Below are positions 22,493 through 32,068 of a DNA stretch of 39,912 nucleotides, piece after piece (the stretch's first letter is position 1; each line of letters starts with the position of its first letter). The position numbers and the translations under genes are program-made. The notes under the pieces are model-generated. The model did no database searches. It was given only the letters and a program-made list of their open reading frames with translations, and was not told the DNA's origin. The stretch is taken from IMG/VR virus record IMGVR_UViG_3300045988_152201. One strand, written 5' to 3'. The DNA comes from a virus.

Positions 22493-24438
22493 ACCGCACC
22501 TCCTTTCATCCTCTCGACCTCCTGCATCAGCAAGGCGAGTTTTGATTGCAAATCGTCAATAGTTTGTTGCTGCTCTTTATATTTTGCGTATAGCTCTTTA
22601 CAGCCTCCGATTGCCACGACAGCCCCGAGGGTAGCGTAATCGACAGTATAATATTGTTCATTGTTTGTATCATCAACGAAATCCCTTACAGCAATCGTAG
22701 GGAAAGTTTTCGCAACCTCTTGCGCTATGACACCAACCCGCAAAATTTTATTTTCGTCATCAACTCTTGTATATTCATATACATTTATACACTGTATTTT
22801 ACCTAAAATATCCTCTTTCCTTTCAAATATGGTTTTGAGTCTTTTGTCTGAAAGTGACCCTGTGCCGTTTTTAGTTAATATCTTACCGTTTCCACCCGAA
22901 TTTATTGTTGCAACTTGCGTTCCTTTATTGTCTCCATTCCCGATATAGATTTCAGCATTGGAGCTCTGGCAAGTATAATTTAGCCACAATCGTTGATTGT
23001 AACTGCTTGGGGAATACGTAGATATATCATTTCCATAAATGCGACATTGAGTTGAGTTTGAAGCCTTTGCCATGATAGGGTTCGTCACAGTTCCACCGTT
23101 CCACGAGCCGCTTCCTCCACCGCTACCCGGGTCGCCTTTCGGTCCTTTCAAATCCACATAAGACCCCCAGCTAACATTTCCGCTGCTATTAATCGTACCA
23201 AGTCTTAGCTGAGTTCCGCTCCACTGATAAGTGACTCCTTGCCCTTTCGCCCCGGTCGCCCCCGGGTCACCTTTCGGTCCCTTGATATTGACGGACGAGG
23301 GGGTTGATTCGCTCTCGCTGAGCGTCCATGACAATAATCCGCTTGTATTGACGGACGGTCTCCAATACTTAACGACTCCGGTGCTTCCGCCTCCTTGCAC
23401 GGTGCAATAGAGCTGCCCGCTGCTGTTTTTTTTGATTGTCAAATTGTCGTACTTGACAAGACCGTAAGTCGTATTGTCCGCAACAGGGACGACGCTTGTA
23501 AATGATGTCGTAGTACTATTCGCCACGACATCGCCCGGAGCTGTAAAGTTTTTGCCTGTAAATTTAAAATCGTTCGATGCTGTGTTGTTCGTGCGGATTA
23601 GATAATCACCACTGCAAATAATAGTAGTAGAGCCGTAATCAGTCCAATCCGAGCTTGTTGTATACCCCTTATTTACATGTAGTTTAGCATACGTATTACC
23701 AAAGATGCTGATATAAGGGTTCATTTCCCCGTTGATATTAGCCCCGATATTGATTTTATAAGTATCAGTGCTAAAAGGTCTTTTCAGGGTCATCAACAGG
23801 GGACCGCTCATATCGTCTCCTGTCTTTTTGACGTAGCCGCTTAAATCATTAACTGTCAAAAAGCTCGGCAGCGTCTTTTCCACACTGCCGTCATATTCGC
23901 CGCCGCTCCACGACAATTTATAGGGGTTTTTGCGGGCATCCGACAACCGTGTGTCATTGCCCTGGCAAGCCGTGCCGGCTATCGTGCCGTACTTGACGCT
24001 AAGCTCATTATCGACCGACATTTGCAGCCCTTCGCCGACCGTAAAGTTGACTCCGCCCCCGGCAAAATCGGGGTTGACGTACCACCCGTTAGTTGCCGTG
24101 TCATAAAGCAGCCCGCCGCCCTGTTTGGCCCTGAACAACCCGGTGGTCGTGTAGTCGGATGCGACAGGCAAGCTGTTTATATCGTCCTCCGTTGCGTTTG
24201 CCGTGACATCCCCGGGCACGACAATATGCTTGCCCTGCACAGGTCTCAGGTAATACCCTGCCTCCTCCAAAGCGTTGCCGTTTGCGTCAACGGTCACCAA
24301 CTCCCAATATTGAGGTGCGCTGTCGGCGGCATATACAGCCCCTCCGGTTGCCGCTGCGGCTTGTATGCCGTCCGTCAACCGCTGATTGCGAGGTGTCGCT
24401 GCCACCTTTTTAACCTGGTAATTGTACGTTTTACTCAT
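22489..24438 (-). CDS. Tail fibre protein with collagen-like triplets and a C-terminal intramolecular chaperone (peptidase S74-like) domain
   Basis: 649 aa. It has two KGPKGDPG(A/S)xG segments. The C-terminus SDKRLKTIFERKEDILGKIQCINVYEYTR…VGVIAQEVAKTFP matches the S74 chaperone pattern. Confidence 0.75.
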   Translation of the reverse strand: MSKTYNYQVKKVAATPRNQRLTDGIQAAAATGGAVYAADSAPQYWELVTVDANGNALEEAGYYLRPVQGKHIVVPGDVTANATEDDINSLPVASDYTTTGLFRAKQGGGLLYDTATNGWYVNPDFAGGGVNFTVGEGLQMSVDNELSVKYGTIAGTACQGNDTRLSDARKNPYKLSWSGGEYDGSVEKTLPSFLTVNDLSGYVKKTGDDMSGPLLMTLKRPFSTDTYKINIGANINGEMNPYISIFGNTYAKLHVNKGYTTSSDWTDYGSTTIICSGDYLIRTNNTASNDFKFTGKNFTAPGDVVANSTTTSFTSVVPVADNTTYGLVKYDNLTIKKNSSGQLYCTVQGGGSTGVVKYWRPSVNTSGLLSWTLSESESTPSSVNIKGPKGDPGATGAKGQGVTYQWSGTQLRLGTINSSGNVSWGSYVDLKGPKGDPGSGGGSGSWNGGTVTNPIMAKASNSTQCRIYGNDISTYSPSSYNQRLWLNYTCQSSNAEIYIGNGDNKGTQVATINSGGNGKILTKNGTGSLSDKRLKTIFERKEDILGKIQCINVYEYTRVDDENKILRVGVIAQEVAKTFPTIAVRDFVDDTNNEQYYTVDYATLGAVVAIGGCKELYAKYKEQQQTIDDLQSKLALLMQEVERMKGGAV

Positions 24439-26521
24439 ATTTGACTGCTGTATAATTGTCGTTTAATACTTGCACCATCACAATGCTGTCCGTGTCGTTG
24501 CGCAAGTCCTGCGACTCCGCCAAAACAATATAGTTGCCCGGCTCGTTTTTGTCCGTATAGATGCCAAAGTCGGTCAATATATCCACCTCCCCGCCCAGCT
24601 TTTTAAGCGGCTCGGCATATTGGCTATAGATAGTGCCTATCATCAACCTCTCCAACGTGTCCGTGTTGCCAGCCCGCCAAAACGAGTTGCAGGCTGAAAA
24701 GTCGGATGTCTTAAACAACTGTCCCAACGCTGCCGGGGACGGACTGTCCATGCAACCCAATTTTGTATCTATTTTAAGACCCTCCTTTGCATCACGGTTA
24801 AGCCACGCTTTTGTCTCTATATCCTGTGCGGAGATGGACGAGCCTGTATGCTGCACAACGTCGATTGCGGCGTCTTTGTAGAGCAGCCACCGGCATTGCG
24901 AGTAAACCGACTCTTTTACCTCCTTGCCATAGTCGTATGCCACCACGCCCGTGCCTATCTGCAGCTCCAGATAACCGCCCACAGGGGGCAGGCTGATAAG
25001 CTCCCCGTTGCCCAGTTTGTCAAAGATGGTGGGCAAGTTTCCCCGATAGTAGCCGATTGACTGCTTGTTTACCTGCCATCCTCCAATGCCCGACTCGTTT
25101 TTGCGGTTGCCCTGGTACCAGCAAAGCCACGCATCGCCCCACGATGCCTCCCCCGTCCGCCACAAAGCCAAAGAGCCGGGGCGTGCAAAGCTGCTGCTGT
25201 TTTTAACCCCTTTGTTGTCATAGTGGTACAGGGCTACGCCGCTGTCGTTCCGCACCGTCAATTTAAAAGGCACGTAGACAAAATTAGCCCGGTTCTGCTG
25301 GTCTTTCCAATTGCCCTCCTCATTGGTGGTCGAGCTCTCCTCGAAGGGGTTGTATCGGGGGTCAAAAAGCATGGACAAGGACAACTTGAGTTTGTATTTG
25401 TCCGATGCAGGCACGCTTGACAGGTAAGGCCTTTTTATTGACGTCAATAAAATGCCACCTATGTTGTAAGTAGGCTCTTTGATGTAGTTGACATACACGC
25501 CGGAGTTGCGGCTTGCAAAGGTCTCCGCCGTCCATGCCACTCCTGCCTCCTTGCTCCCCGAGTAAACAGGCTCGATTTTAAAATATTTGGCGTCTGCGTG
25601 CTTGTCCACCCCTTTGCCCGTGTCGGAGAGGTGCGTGTAAAAACCTATCTCGTCCGCTTCCGCCGCCGTGCTGAACCATGTTGTCAGCTTTTGGCCGCCG
25701 CCCACGCTGTCCGCATCGACGTCAGCCTTTAAAATGTCCGTTTTTTCGTAGGGCGAAAAGGTTACTTTGACGTCATTATACACCTTATCGACCGACAAGA
25801 CCGCATCATCCGAGCTCCAATTAACCGCTGTCGCTGTCTTGTTTTTAAGCAGCGTGTCCGTATCGTACAGGTAGATATTGCCACCTTTTTGCACTAAATG
25901 CAGGGCAAAAGGGCGCAGGGTCTCATCCAAGACCTTGCGCAAGCTCATCGCATCGCCGTCCTCGTCGTAAAAGTTTTGGCTTTGCACCGCTATCGCATCT
26001 ATCAGCGTCTCGCTGCTCGTGCCGAATAGCTTTGTGCCTATGTAGTAAAATATGCCGTTATGCCGGATGCAGGACGACTCGACCAGATGCGCAAACAGCT
26101 GCCGCAGCGTCCTGAACCCGCCCAAAGTGTAATTGAGGCGGTCTAAAATGGCAAAGTCCGCAAACGACAACGACACGACATAGCCGTCCTTGTAAGCAAA
26201 CGGCTCCTCGTACAATTCGGGATCCAGCGTGCCCGACCAATACAGCGACCCGCTGCGGTACACGTCCATCCGCACGCTGCCCGCCTTGATGGTATAAAGG
26301 TCTACAAACTGCCTGTCCGAGTCGCTAAAGAGCTGCAACTTTGCACTGCTGCTCATGACCGGCTCCAACTTGTCCACCTCTTGCCACTCGATCGTGACCG
26401 GGGACTCGCCAAAAGCGACATTGGCAGCCGCACCGCCGTAACCCTCCTGCCAAATCTCGACCCTGTAAAGGGTGTTGGCGACAGAGTAAAACCCGCCTAT
26501 GTATCGTTTGCCCATGCTCAT
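24431..26521 (-). CDS. Distal tail / baseplate protein
   Basis: 696 aa, immediately downstream of the tape measure gene with overlapping junctions. Confidence 0.6.
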   Translation of the reverse strand: MSMGKRYIGGFYSVANTLYRVEIWQEGYGGAAANVAFGESPVTIEWQEVDKLEPVMSSSAKLQLFSDSDRQFVDLYTIKAGSVRMDVYRSGSLYWSGTLDPELYEEPFAYKDGYVVSLSFADFAILDRLNYTLGGFRTLRQLFAHLVESSCIRHNGIFYYIGTKLFGTSSETLIDAIAVQSQNFYDEDGDAMSLRKVLDETLRPFALHLVQKGGNIYLYDTDTLLKNKTATAVNWSSDDAVLSVDKVYNDVKVTFSPYEKTDILKADVDADSVGGGQKLTTWFSTAAEADEIGFYTHLSDTGKGVDKHADAKYFKIEPVYSGSKEAGVAWTAETFASRNSGVYVNYIKEPTYNIGGILLTSIKRPYLSSVPASDKYKLKLSLSMLFDPRYNPFEESSTTNEEGNWKDQQNRANFVYVPFKLTVRNDSGVALYHYDNKGVKNSSSFARPGSLALWRTGEASWGDAWLCWYQGNRKNESGIGGWQVNKQSIGYYRGNLPTIFDKLGNGELISLPPVGGYLELQIGTGVVAYDYGKEVKESVYSQCRWLLYKDAAIDVVQHTGSSISAQDIETKAWLNRDAKEGLKIDTKLGCMDSPSPAALGQLFKTSDFSACNSFWRAGNTDTLERLMIGTIYSQYAEPLKKLGGEVDILTDFGIYTDKNEPGNYIVLAESQDLRNDTDSIVMVQVLNDNYTAVKYE

Positions 26522-29034
26522 CGTGTCCGTCTCCTCCTATTGTTTACCTTTTTTAAAATGCCCTCCAGCACATCGCCCCGGATTTCAAACCGCACCTCGC
26601 CGACACCGCCGTCAGCCCTGTCCGTGTCAATCAGGGAGCGTAATTTATCCAAAGGTGCGATTACCTCCGGGTTGCTGGATGCCCCGCCATACTCGCCCAC
26701 GAGTGCCAAGGTCGGACCGCTCACGATGCCGCCCTCCGCAAAGGCTGTCGCCCGGCTCAAAGCCGCCTTTGCTGCCGCCGTTGCAGCCACCAATGCGCCT
26801 CCGGCCACGATTGCGCCCACTCCCGACCATGCGACTGCCTTTAATGCTTCTGATGCTGCTCCGGCTGCTATCAATGCAGATCCGAATTGTTGCAGCATGT
26901 CCATGACGGTTATCAACATCCTTTTCAGCATCTCCAAAGGGCTGCCGGATGCTATCGCCTCGCCCAATCCGGAAAAAGCGGAAGTGACAAGGCCGTTGAT
27001 TTGCTCCTCCGAAAAGACAACCATCTCCTCGATCGAGTCGGAAAACTGTTGCCGCATTTTCATAAGGTTCTCTTTTATTTTGTTCTCACTGACCTCAAAA
27101 TTTATAGGTATGTCAAGCGATGGTGGAGCATCCACGCCTCTTGTTTGAGGTGTCTTTAACTCCTCTTTATATTTTGTATCGCCTAAATGTCCTGACGCTC
27201 CTACAGCAATCGACCGCTGTAGGAGGTTTAACCTCTCTTTGTATAATGCTATCTCTTTTTCAAGGTTGATGGCTTGCGACAAAGATGCCTTTTCTTGCGC
27301 ATCGCTCAGCTCTTTAATTTTTTGTTTAAGACCCCCTATCGTGTCAAGGCTTGCCCCTTTGTTGTCCGTCAAAACATCTTGAGAACCTTTTAGTGCATCT
27401 TGCAAATTGCCAAACGCAGAAGCGGCTTCCGCTGTCTCGCCCGCCGTCTCCTCCATCTCCGACCCAAATCCAAAAAACTTTTTGACCGCGTCCCATGCCT
27501 TGCCTATCCAACTTGCCAAACCTTTAAAGCCCTCTACCCAGCTATCGATAAGACGCCTAAACCGCTCACAATGTTTGTAAGCCATCACCAATGCTGCCAC
27601 CAAAGTGGTGATACCGGCTATTACAATCCCGACCGGGTTTGCCATTAATGCGATGTTTAACACCTTTTGTGCTGCCGCTGCCGCATAGGTTGCTACCTTT
27701 TGCAGGGTCAACGCCTTTGTAAATGCAAGCACCCTGCCCGGCAAGGTGGCGAATATGCCGACCATAAACTGAGCCGTCAACGAGTAAGCTTTAGCAGCCA
27801 CCAATGCGCCTTGCATGGCAGCCACGGAGGCTTTTGCGGCAGCCGTCAGTTTGACAAACGCAATGACAATCCCGCCGCCTACGATTTTTGCAGTAGTAGC
27901 TATTGCGCCTTTAAATAAAAAAAGTAAAGGTAAACTTTGTGAGATCATCACAGCCGTCTCCCCAACCGCAGACGCATAACCAAAAAGCCCCCCGGATATA
28001 TTTAAAAGGGTTATTTTAAAATCGTCTATATTTGCCTGTATGCGCTTAGTCTGCTCCGCTAATGTATTTGTGCGTATAGCCGCCTGCTCTTGTGCGACGC
28101 TTGTACCCGTTACCGCCATGGTCATCTCTTCCACCGCTTTTGCGTTTGTGATAAGGTATTGTGCCGCCGCTATGTTTTCAGATCCAAACACCTTTGCAAG
28201 ATAGGTCACGTCTTTTAATTTAGGCTTCAGCGAATCAAGCGCATCCGCCAGCCCTACTTTCGACAGATCCATACCTAAAGTGGTCTGTAATTTTAAAATC
28301 ACGTTTCTTAAAGCCGTTCCCGCTTCCGATCCTTTTACATTACTTTGCGACAACACCTCCAACGCTCCTGCCGTCTGCTCCACCGACAGTCCTGCCGCTG
28401 CCGCCGTCGCACCCGTTACCTTAAAGGATTGTGCCAAATCTGTAACTTCCGCCGCTCCATACTTGGATCCAGCCGCCAGCACGTTGACCACCCTGTTTGC
28501 ATGGGTTGCCTCCAGCCCGAATTGGTTGATGGTTGCCGCCATTGCCGTCGCAGCATCGGAAAGGGTCATCCCGCCTGCCTGGGCTAATGTGATCGTCTCT
28601 TTTTGCAGTTGTATCAAGCCCTTTAATCCTATTTTGTCTATCTGTATTTGAGACGCCAACAAAGTAAACGCATCAACAGCGCCTTTTGCTCCTAATCCGG
28701 ATTCCTTTCCTACCCTCCTTGCGGTCTTGGATATTGTTTCAAGGTCTTTCCCCACGATGCCGGTAATCGCTTGCAAATCTGCCATTCCCTGCTCAAACTC
28801 AACTCCGGCTGCGCTTATTTTTTCTAAGGATTCAGCCGTATCTTTAACATTGGAAACAATCGTGCTGAATTTTATGTTTTTAAGCTCGTTGCAGATATTT
28901 GTCAATTTTTGGAACTGCCCCCCGGCTTCCTTGACAGAACGTGTCACACCATCCATCTCTTGTTTAATAATCTTTAACTGCGGAAGCAATCCTGATTTAG
29001 TGTCTAATTTTATTGTATATCTGAGATTATTCAT
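26518..29034 (-). CDS. Tail tape measure protein
   Basis: 838 aa and the largest ORF. It is A/G-rich and helical with hydrophobic central segments, and lies downstream of the G/GT chaperone pair. Confidence 0.85.
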   Translation of the reverse strand: MNNLRYTIKLDTKSGLLPQLKIIKQEMDGVTRSVKEAGGQFQKLTNICNELKNIKFSTIVSNVKDTAESLEKISAAGVEFEQGMADLQAITGIVGKDLETISKTARRVGKESGLGAKGAVDAFTLLASQIQIDKIGLKGLIQLQKETITLAQAGGMTLSDAATAMAATINQFGLEATHANRVVNVLAAGSKYGAAEVTDLAQSFKVTGATAAAAGLSVEQTAGALEVLSQSNVKGSEAGTALRNVILKLQTTLGMDLSKVGLADALDSLKPKLKDVTYLAKVFGSENIAAAQYLITNAKAVEEMTMAVTGTSVAQEQAAIRTNTLAEQTKRIQANIDDFKITLLNISGGLFGYASAVGETAVMISQSLPLLFLFKGAIATTAKIVGGGIVIAFVKLTAAAKASVAAMQGALVAAKAYSLTAQFMVGIFATLPGRVLAFTKALTLQKVATYAAAAAQKVLNIALMANPVGIVIAGITTLVAALVMAYKHCERFRRLIDSWVEGFKGLASWIGKAWDAVKKFFGFGSEMEETAGETAEAASAFGNLQDALKGSQDVLTDNKGASLDTIGGLKQKIKELSDAQEKASLSQAINLEKEIALYKERLNLLQRSIAVGASGHLGDTKYKEELKTPQTRGVDAPPSLDIPINFEVSENKIKENLMKMRQQFSDSIEEMVVFSEEQINGLVTSAFSGLGEAIASGSPLEMLKRMLITVMDMLQQFGSALIAAGAASEALKAVAWSGVGAIVAGGALVAATAAAKAALSRATAFAEGGIVSGPTLALVGEYGGASSNPEVIAPLDKLRSLIDTDRADGGVGEVRFEIRGDVLEGILKKVNNRRRRTR

Positions 29035-29229
29035 CTATTTTTGCTTATAACATTAAACATTTTGGAATGGAATCTTTTTTTATTTTTATCCTTGAAACAA
29101 TCGTGCGGATTATATCATGGGGGCTATGTATTGCGTTCCCCCTTTTCCTGCTCGATGAAATATGGTGGACTCTTACAGGTCATAACCTTTTTCGTAGGGA
29201 TTGTGATGACGACGATGATGATTAAAGTA

Positions 29230-29822
29230 TTAATCCTCCCCGAATAGGGCACTGATTCTTTCGAGATCATCCGAAGTTGTTTTGTCGTGAGTGCTATCCC
29301 ACGGGAATTTTGCTATATCCGTAGGCCTTAGCCGTTTCCCTTTCTTCTGGTAAGGAAGGAGGGCGGTCAAGGCTAAAAAACGGGTGCGCTCCCATCTGTC
29401 CTTGTGCTCCGCATCCTCCTTGTCACTCCACGCTCTTAATATCTCCGACAACTCATCAATCTCCAGCGCATAGACGTCCGCTATCGGTATCCCTGCTTTG
29501 CCTACCGATATGGCAACCAGCTCGGAAATCGTTAGCTTTTTTTTTCGCCGTCCGTTTGCACCTCTGCATCTCCTCCCAGCAGTTCCGCCGCCTCTTGCAT
29601 CCCTATGTAGTCGATTATCTCGTCGGCGGAATTAAATGGGAAATCAACACCGTCCACCTTGCAAGCGGATTTGACGCCATGATAAATAATCACCCCTAAC
29701 TTCTCCATGTCCTCACCGGCAAACTTGGAAAAATCTTCACCAGTTTCCCGCTTGTATGCCACCATCGCTCCTACCGTGAGGCGGAACGGATATTCTTTGC
29801 CTTTGATTTCTATTTTCTTCAT
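29230..29822 (-). CDS. Tail assembly chaperone G-T fusion via a programmed -1 frameshift
   Basis: An A9 run sits at 29537..29545 (heptamer A_AAA_AAA in the G frame). The -1 frame then reads KLTISELVAISVGKAGIPIADVYALEIDELSEILRAW… with no stop until 29230, joining the 73-aa track ORF. Confidence 0.65.
29532..29822 (-). CDS. Tail assembly chaperone G
   Basis: 96 aa, between the major tail and tape measure genes. It ends in …GAA AAA AAA AGC TAA. Confidence 0.7.
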   Translation of the reverse strand: MKKIEIKGKEYPFRLTVGAMVAYKRETGEDFSKFAGEDMEKLGVIIYHGVKSACKVDGVDFPFNSADEIIDYIGMQEAAELLGGDAEVQTDGEKKS

Positions 29823-29825
29823 TTT

Positions 29826-30281
29826 TTACGCCTGTTGTTTTGTTTCCACGTTGCCTGTATTTTCAAACGTTGCCGAATAAGTCGCATCATCATCTGCCGG
29901 GGAACTCTCCTCCAAGTTGGTGATAACAAACAAACCTTCTTCATACGATGTTCCCGTTTCGCTTTCGGTGTAGCCATATTTGAGCTTAACCGGCTTGCGC
30001 AGTTTCATTTGCTTTAACAGTGTGTCGTATCCCATGTCAGCGTCAAACGTCTTTAACGCCTCGCAAGTGATGGTGCAGGACAGTTTTGTCACGCTCTTTT
30101 GGCTAAATGCGCCGTTTTCGGTGTCTTTTGTCACACGCTCCTTGGTCTCGCCGCTGTAAGAAATCGTATGACTTGTGGCTGCCGCTGTCTTTACCCATGT
30201 CGGGTCTGATTCGGTTGCTCCGCTATTGACAAACAGCATGATGTCTCTTCCCTCGATGTAATCTCCTTTTGTCTTGCTCAT
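29826..30281 (-). CDS. Major tail protein
   Basis: 151 aa. The position, directly upstream of the chaperones and downstream of the gp10-like protein, fits a major tail protein, as does the acidic beta-rich composition. Confidence 0.65.
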   Translation of the reverse strand: MSKTKGDYIEGRDIMLFVNSGATESDPTWVKTAAATSHTISYSGETKERVTKDTENGAFSQKSVTKLSCTITCEALKTFDADMGYDTLLKQMKLRKPVKLKYGYTESETGTSYEEGLFVITNLEESSPADDDATYSATFENTGNVETKQQA

Positions 30282-30293
30282 AATCCTGTTTTT

Positions 30294-30809
30294 TTAAATT
30301 GACAATTTCGTAAACACTCTCTTTATCTCTTGATTCATTTTCTGCTCGGCTTCCGTCTCTTTTGCCCGGATTGATTTTTTAAAAAACCATTCCGGTTTGA
30401 TCCGTCCGGTCCGATGCCCTTTCCCAAGCCTCTGTAGGAGCTTTTTCTTGCCCTTCCAGTATCCCCTGTATATTTTCCGTCCTTTTGTCTTTCTCTCCTT
30501 CGTTCCGGATTCAAACCATTTGACCCGGTAGTCCTCCATGATATGGACTTTGGCGGTCTGCTCTTTGTTGCTGATAACAACTTTTGCCACCTTCAGCTGC
30601 ACCTCTTTTTCTTTTCCGCCCCTGGACCGTTTGACTACCTTTTTCCCGGCGAATCCCCTGCGGTTTGTCTTGAAACGTAGGGTCGTCTCCTTGGCTATGA
30701 TATTCAGACCCTTGCGCATCGAGGATAAAATCATCCTTGATGTCTTTTGTTCTCCCAGCCTGTCCAACACCTTGCGCAGGTCTAAATCGTCTACCTCGAA
30801 TCCGCTCAT
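30294..30809 (-). CDS. HK97 gp10-family tail-completion protein
   Basis: 171 aa. The N-terminus DLRKVLDRLGEQKTSRMILSSMRKGLNIIAKET and the …VHIMEDYRVKWFESGT pattern are typical of the gp10 family. Confidence 0.6.
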   Translation of the reverse strand: MSGFEVDDLDLRKVLDRLGEQKTSRMILSSMRKGLNIIAKETTLRFKTNRRGFAGKKVVKRSRGGKEKEVQLKVAKVVISNKEQTAKVHIMEDYRVKWFESGTKERKTKGRKIYRGYWKGKKKLLQRLGKGHRTGRIKPEWFFKKSIRAKETEAEQKMNQEIKRVFTKLSI

Positions 30810-31192
30810 ACAACCTCTCCCTCATACTTTACCTCGTAGGTCAAACGCTGCACAAAGCCACCATCTGAATAAGCCGTCTCAGCCCCTATGAGTGTCGCGG
30901 ACAGTTTCCCGGTCGGGTTGTCAAACCTAATCTCACCGTCCTCCTCGCTTGCAGCCATAATCGAGGTGGCTACCCTGTCGGACTGGTTAAAAGCGCAACC
31001 CCAAATATCAACGCTGTATTGATAAACGTAAGAATAAATACCATCTTTTGTCCGCTTGGTAAGCAGGCTGTCGCACGAAAACACACAATAAGGGTAAACA
31101 GCGTCTTCGTCCGCCACGACAGGATAGACGCTTGTACCCTCGGGTGTCCATTTTGCCAAAAAGGCATATAACGCTTTGTTTACTCGTTGCAT
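30806..31192 (-). CDS. Neck/tail-terminator-like protein
   Basis: 128 aa, positioned between the head-closure and gp10-like genes with overlapping junctions. Confidence 0.45.
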   Translation of the reverse strand: MQRVNKALYAFLAKWTPEGTSVYPVVADEDAVYPYCVFSCDSLLTKRTKDGIYSYVYQYSVDIWGCAFNQSDRVATSIMAASEEDGEIRFDNPTGKLSATLIGAETAYSDGGFVQRLTYEVKYEGEVV

Positions 31193-31515
31193 AAATCCGT
31201 CCTCCTGATATAGTAGATGGTTTTGTTATTACGTTGATGCTCTATGCGTATGATATTGTAGATGTACCCCCGGTATCGCACCCTCCACTCCGTTGATGCC
31301 TTATCGACCGTCCAAGTCTTAAGCGTGTGCGTCTGCTCCTCTGCTAATGCCTCCTGCGTCAACTCGTCTGAGTATTTGATATCGTCTACCTCACAATAAT
31401 GTACACGCTCGTCATAGTAAGACACGGTACGCTCGCCTGTGTCCGTCACGCTCTTTACAGGTTGCAAAAAAGCAACCGGCTCGGTAAACCATCCTATGTT
31501 GTAGTCTCTTGCCAT
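31180..31515 (-). CDS. Head-tail adaptor / head closure protein
   Basis: 111 aa with a size and pattern typical of SPP1 gp16-type head-closure proteins. It lies downstream of the connector. Confidence 0.6.
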   Translation of the reverse strand: MARDYNIGWFTEPVAFLQPVKSVTDTGERTVSYYDERVHYCEVDDIKYSDELTQEALAEEQTHTLKTWTVDKASTEWRVRYRGYIYNIIRIEHQRNNKTIYYIRRTDLCNE

Positions 31516-31787
31516 ATCAAAGGGTCTGCCAATCTTTGTGCCGCCGTCGTGCGCTCCGAAACATGATCGATAGGATTCTCAAACAGCTCCGCCGCATACA
31601 ATAAAATCGCAACGTGCAAGGATTTCGGAAAATCATCGAAGCTTCCGATTTTCCTACCGGAATAGTGTTCGCACCATTCCGCCGCCGCCAGCAAATTTAC
31701 CTCCAGCTGGCTATTAAAATCGTCGGTGGTAATCCTCAGCTGTTTTTTAAGCTCTTCGACCGTTACAGGGCACTGCGCTATGTCCAT
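31494..31787 (-). CDS. gp6-like head-tail connector protein
   Basis: 97 aa. VEELKKQLRITTDDFNSQLEVNLLAAAEWCEHYSGRKI matches the Phage_connect_1 pattern. Confidence 0.7.
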   Translation of the reverse strand: MDIAQCPVTVEELKKQLRITTDDFNSQLEVNLLAAAEWCEHYSGRKIGSFDDFPKSLHVAILLYAAELFENPIDHVSERTTAAQRLADPLIWQETTT

Positions 31788-32068
31788 GATTCTACTTTTT
31801 TTGCAATTTCATCCGCTGTCGCCTTGCTGATGCCTTTGATGTCGGCAAGCACGGGTAATGCGGATTTGACTCTCTCTATCGTATTGAGACCTTCCTTAAT
31901 CAGCAATTTCCTTACCGGGCAATCCTGCGGGAGGTCGCTCTCCTCGCTTGTCTCGGGTATTGCGTACCCATTGGACAGCAGGTCGATGGCTCGCTCATCT
32001 GCCAAATCCCCTACCATGCCCTCGGAGTACGCATATCCTGCCACAGGTCTTAAAAACCGAATCCTCAT
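31778..32068 (-). CDS. Small hypothetical head-module protein
   Basis: The track frame 31778..32338 overlaps the capsid gene. The ATG at 32068 (MRIRFLRPV…) forms an ATGA overlap with the capsid stop, giving 96 aa. It contains a helix-hairpin-helix-like ADIKGISKATADEIAKK segment. Confidence 0.55.
   Translation of the reverse strand: MRIRFLRPVAGYAYSEGMVGDLADERAIDLLSNGYAIPETSEESDLPQDCPVRKLLIKEGLNTIERVKSALPVLADIKGISKATADEIAKKVESWT

Noticed and set aside
29035-29229. 195-bp gap between the chaperone T frame and the tape measure start, checked for a hidden small gene or RNA
   Set aside because: Only a 19-codon ORF is present, and I saw no convincing stem-loops or repeats. It is left unannotated.
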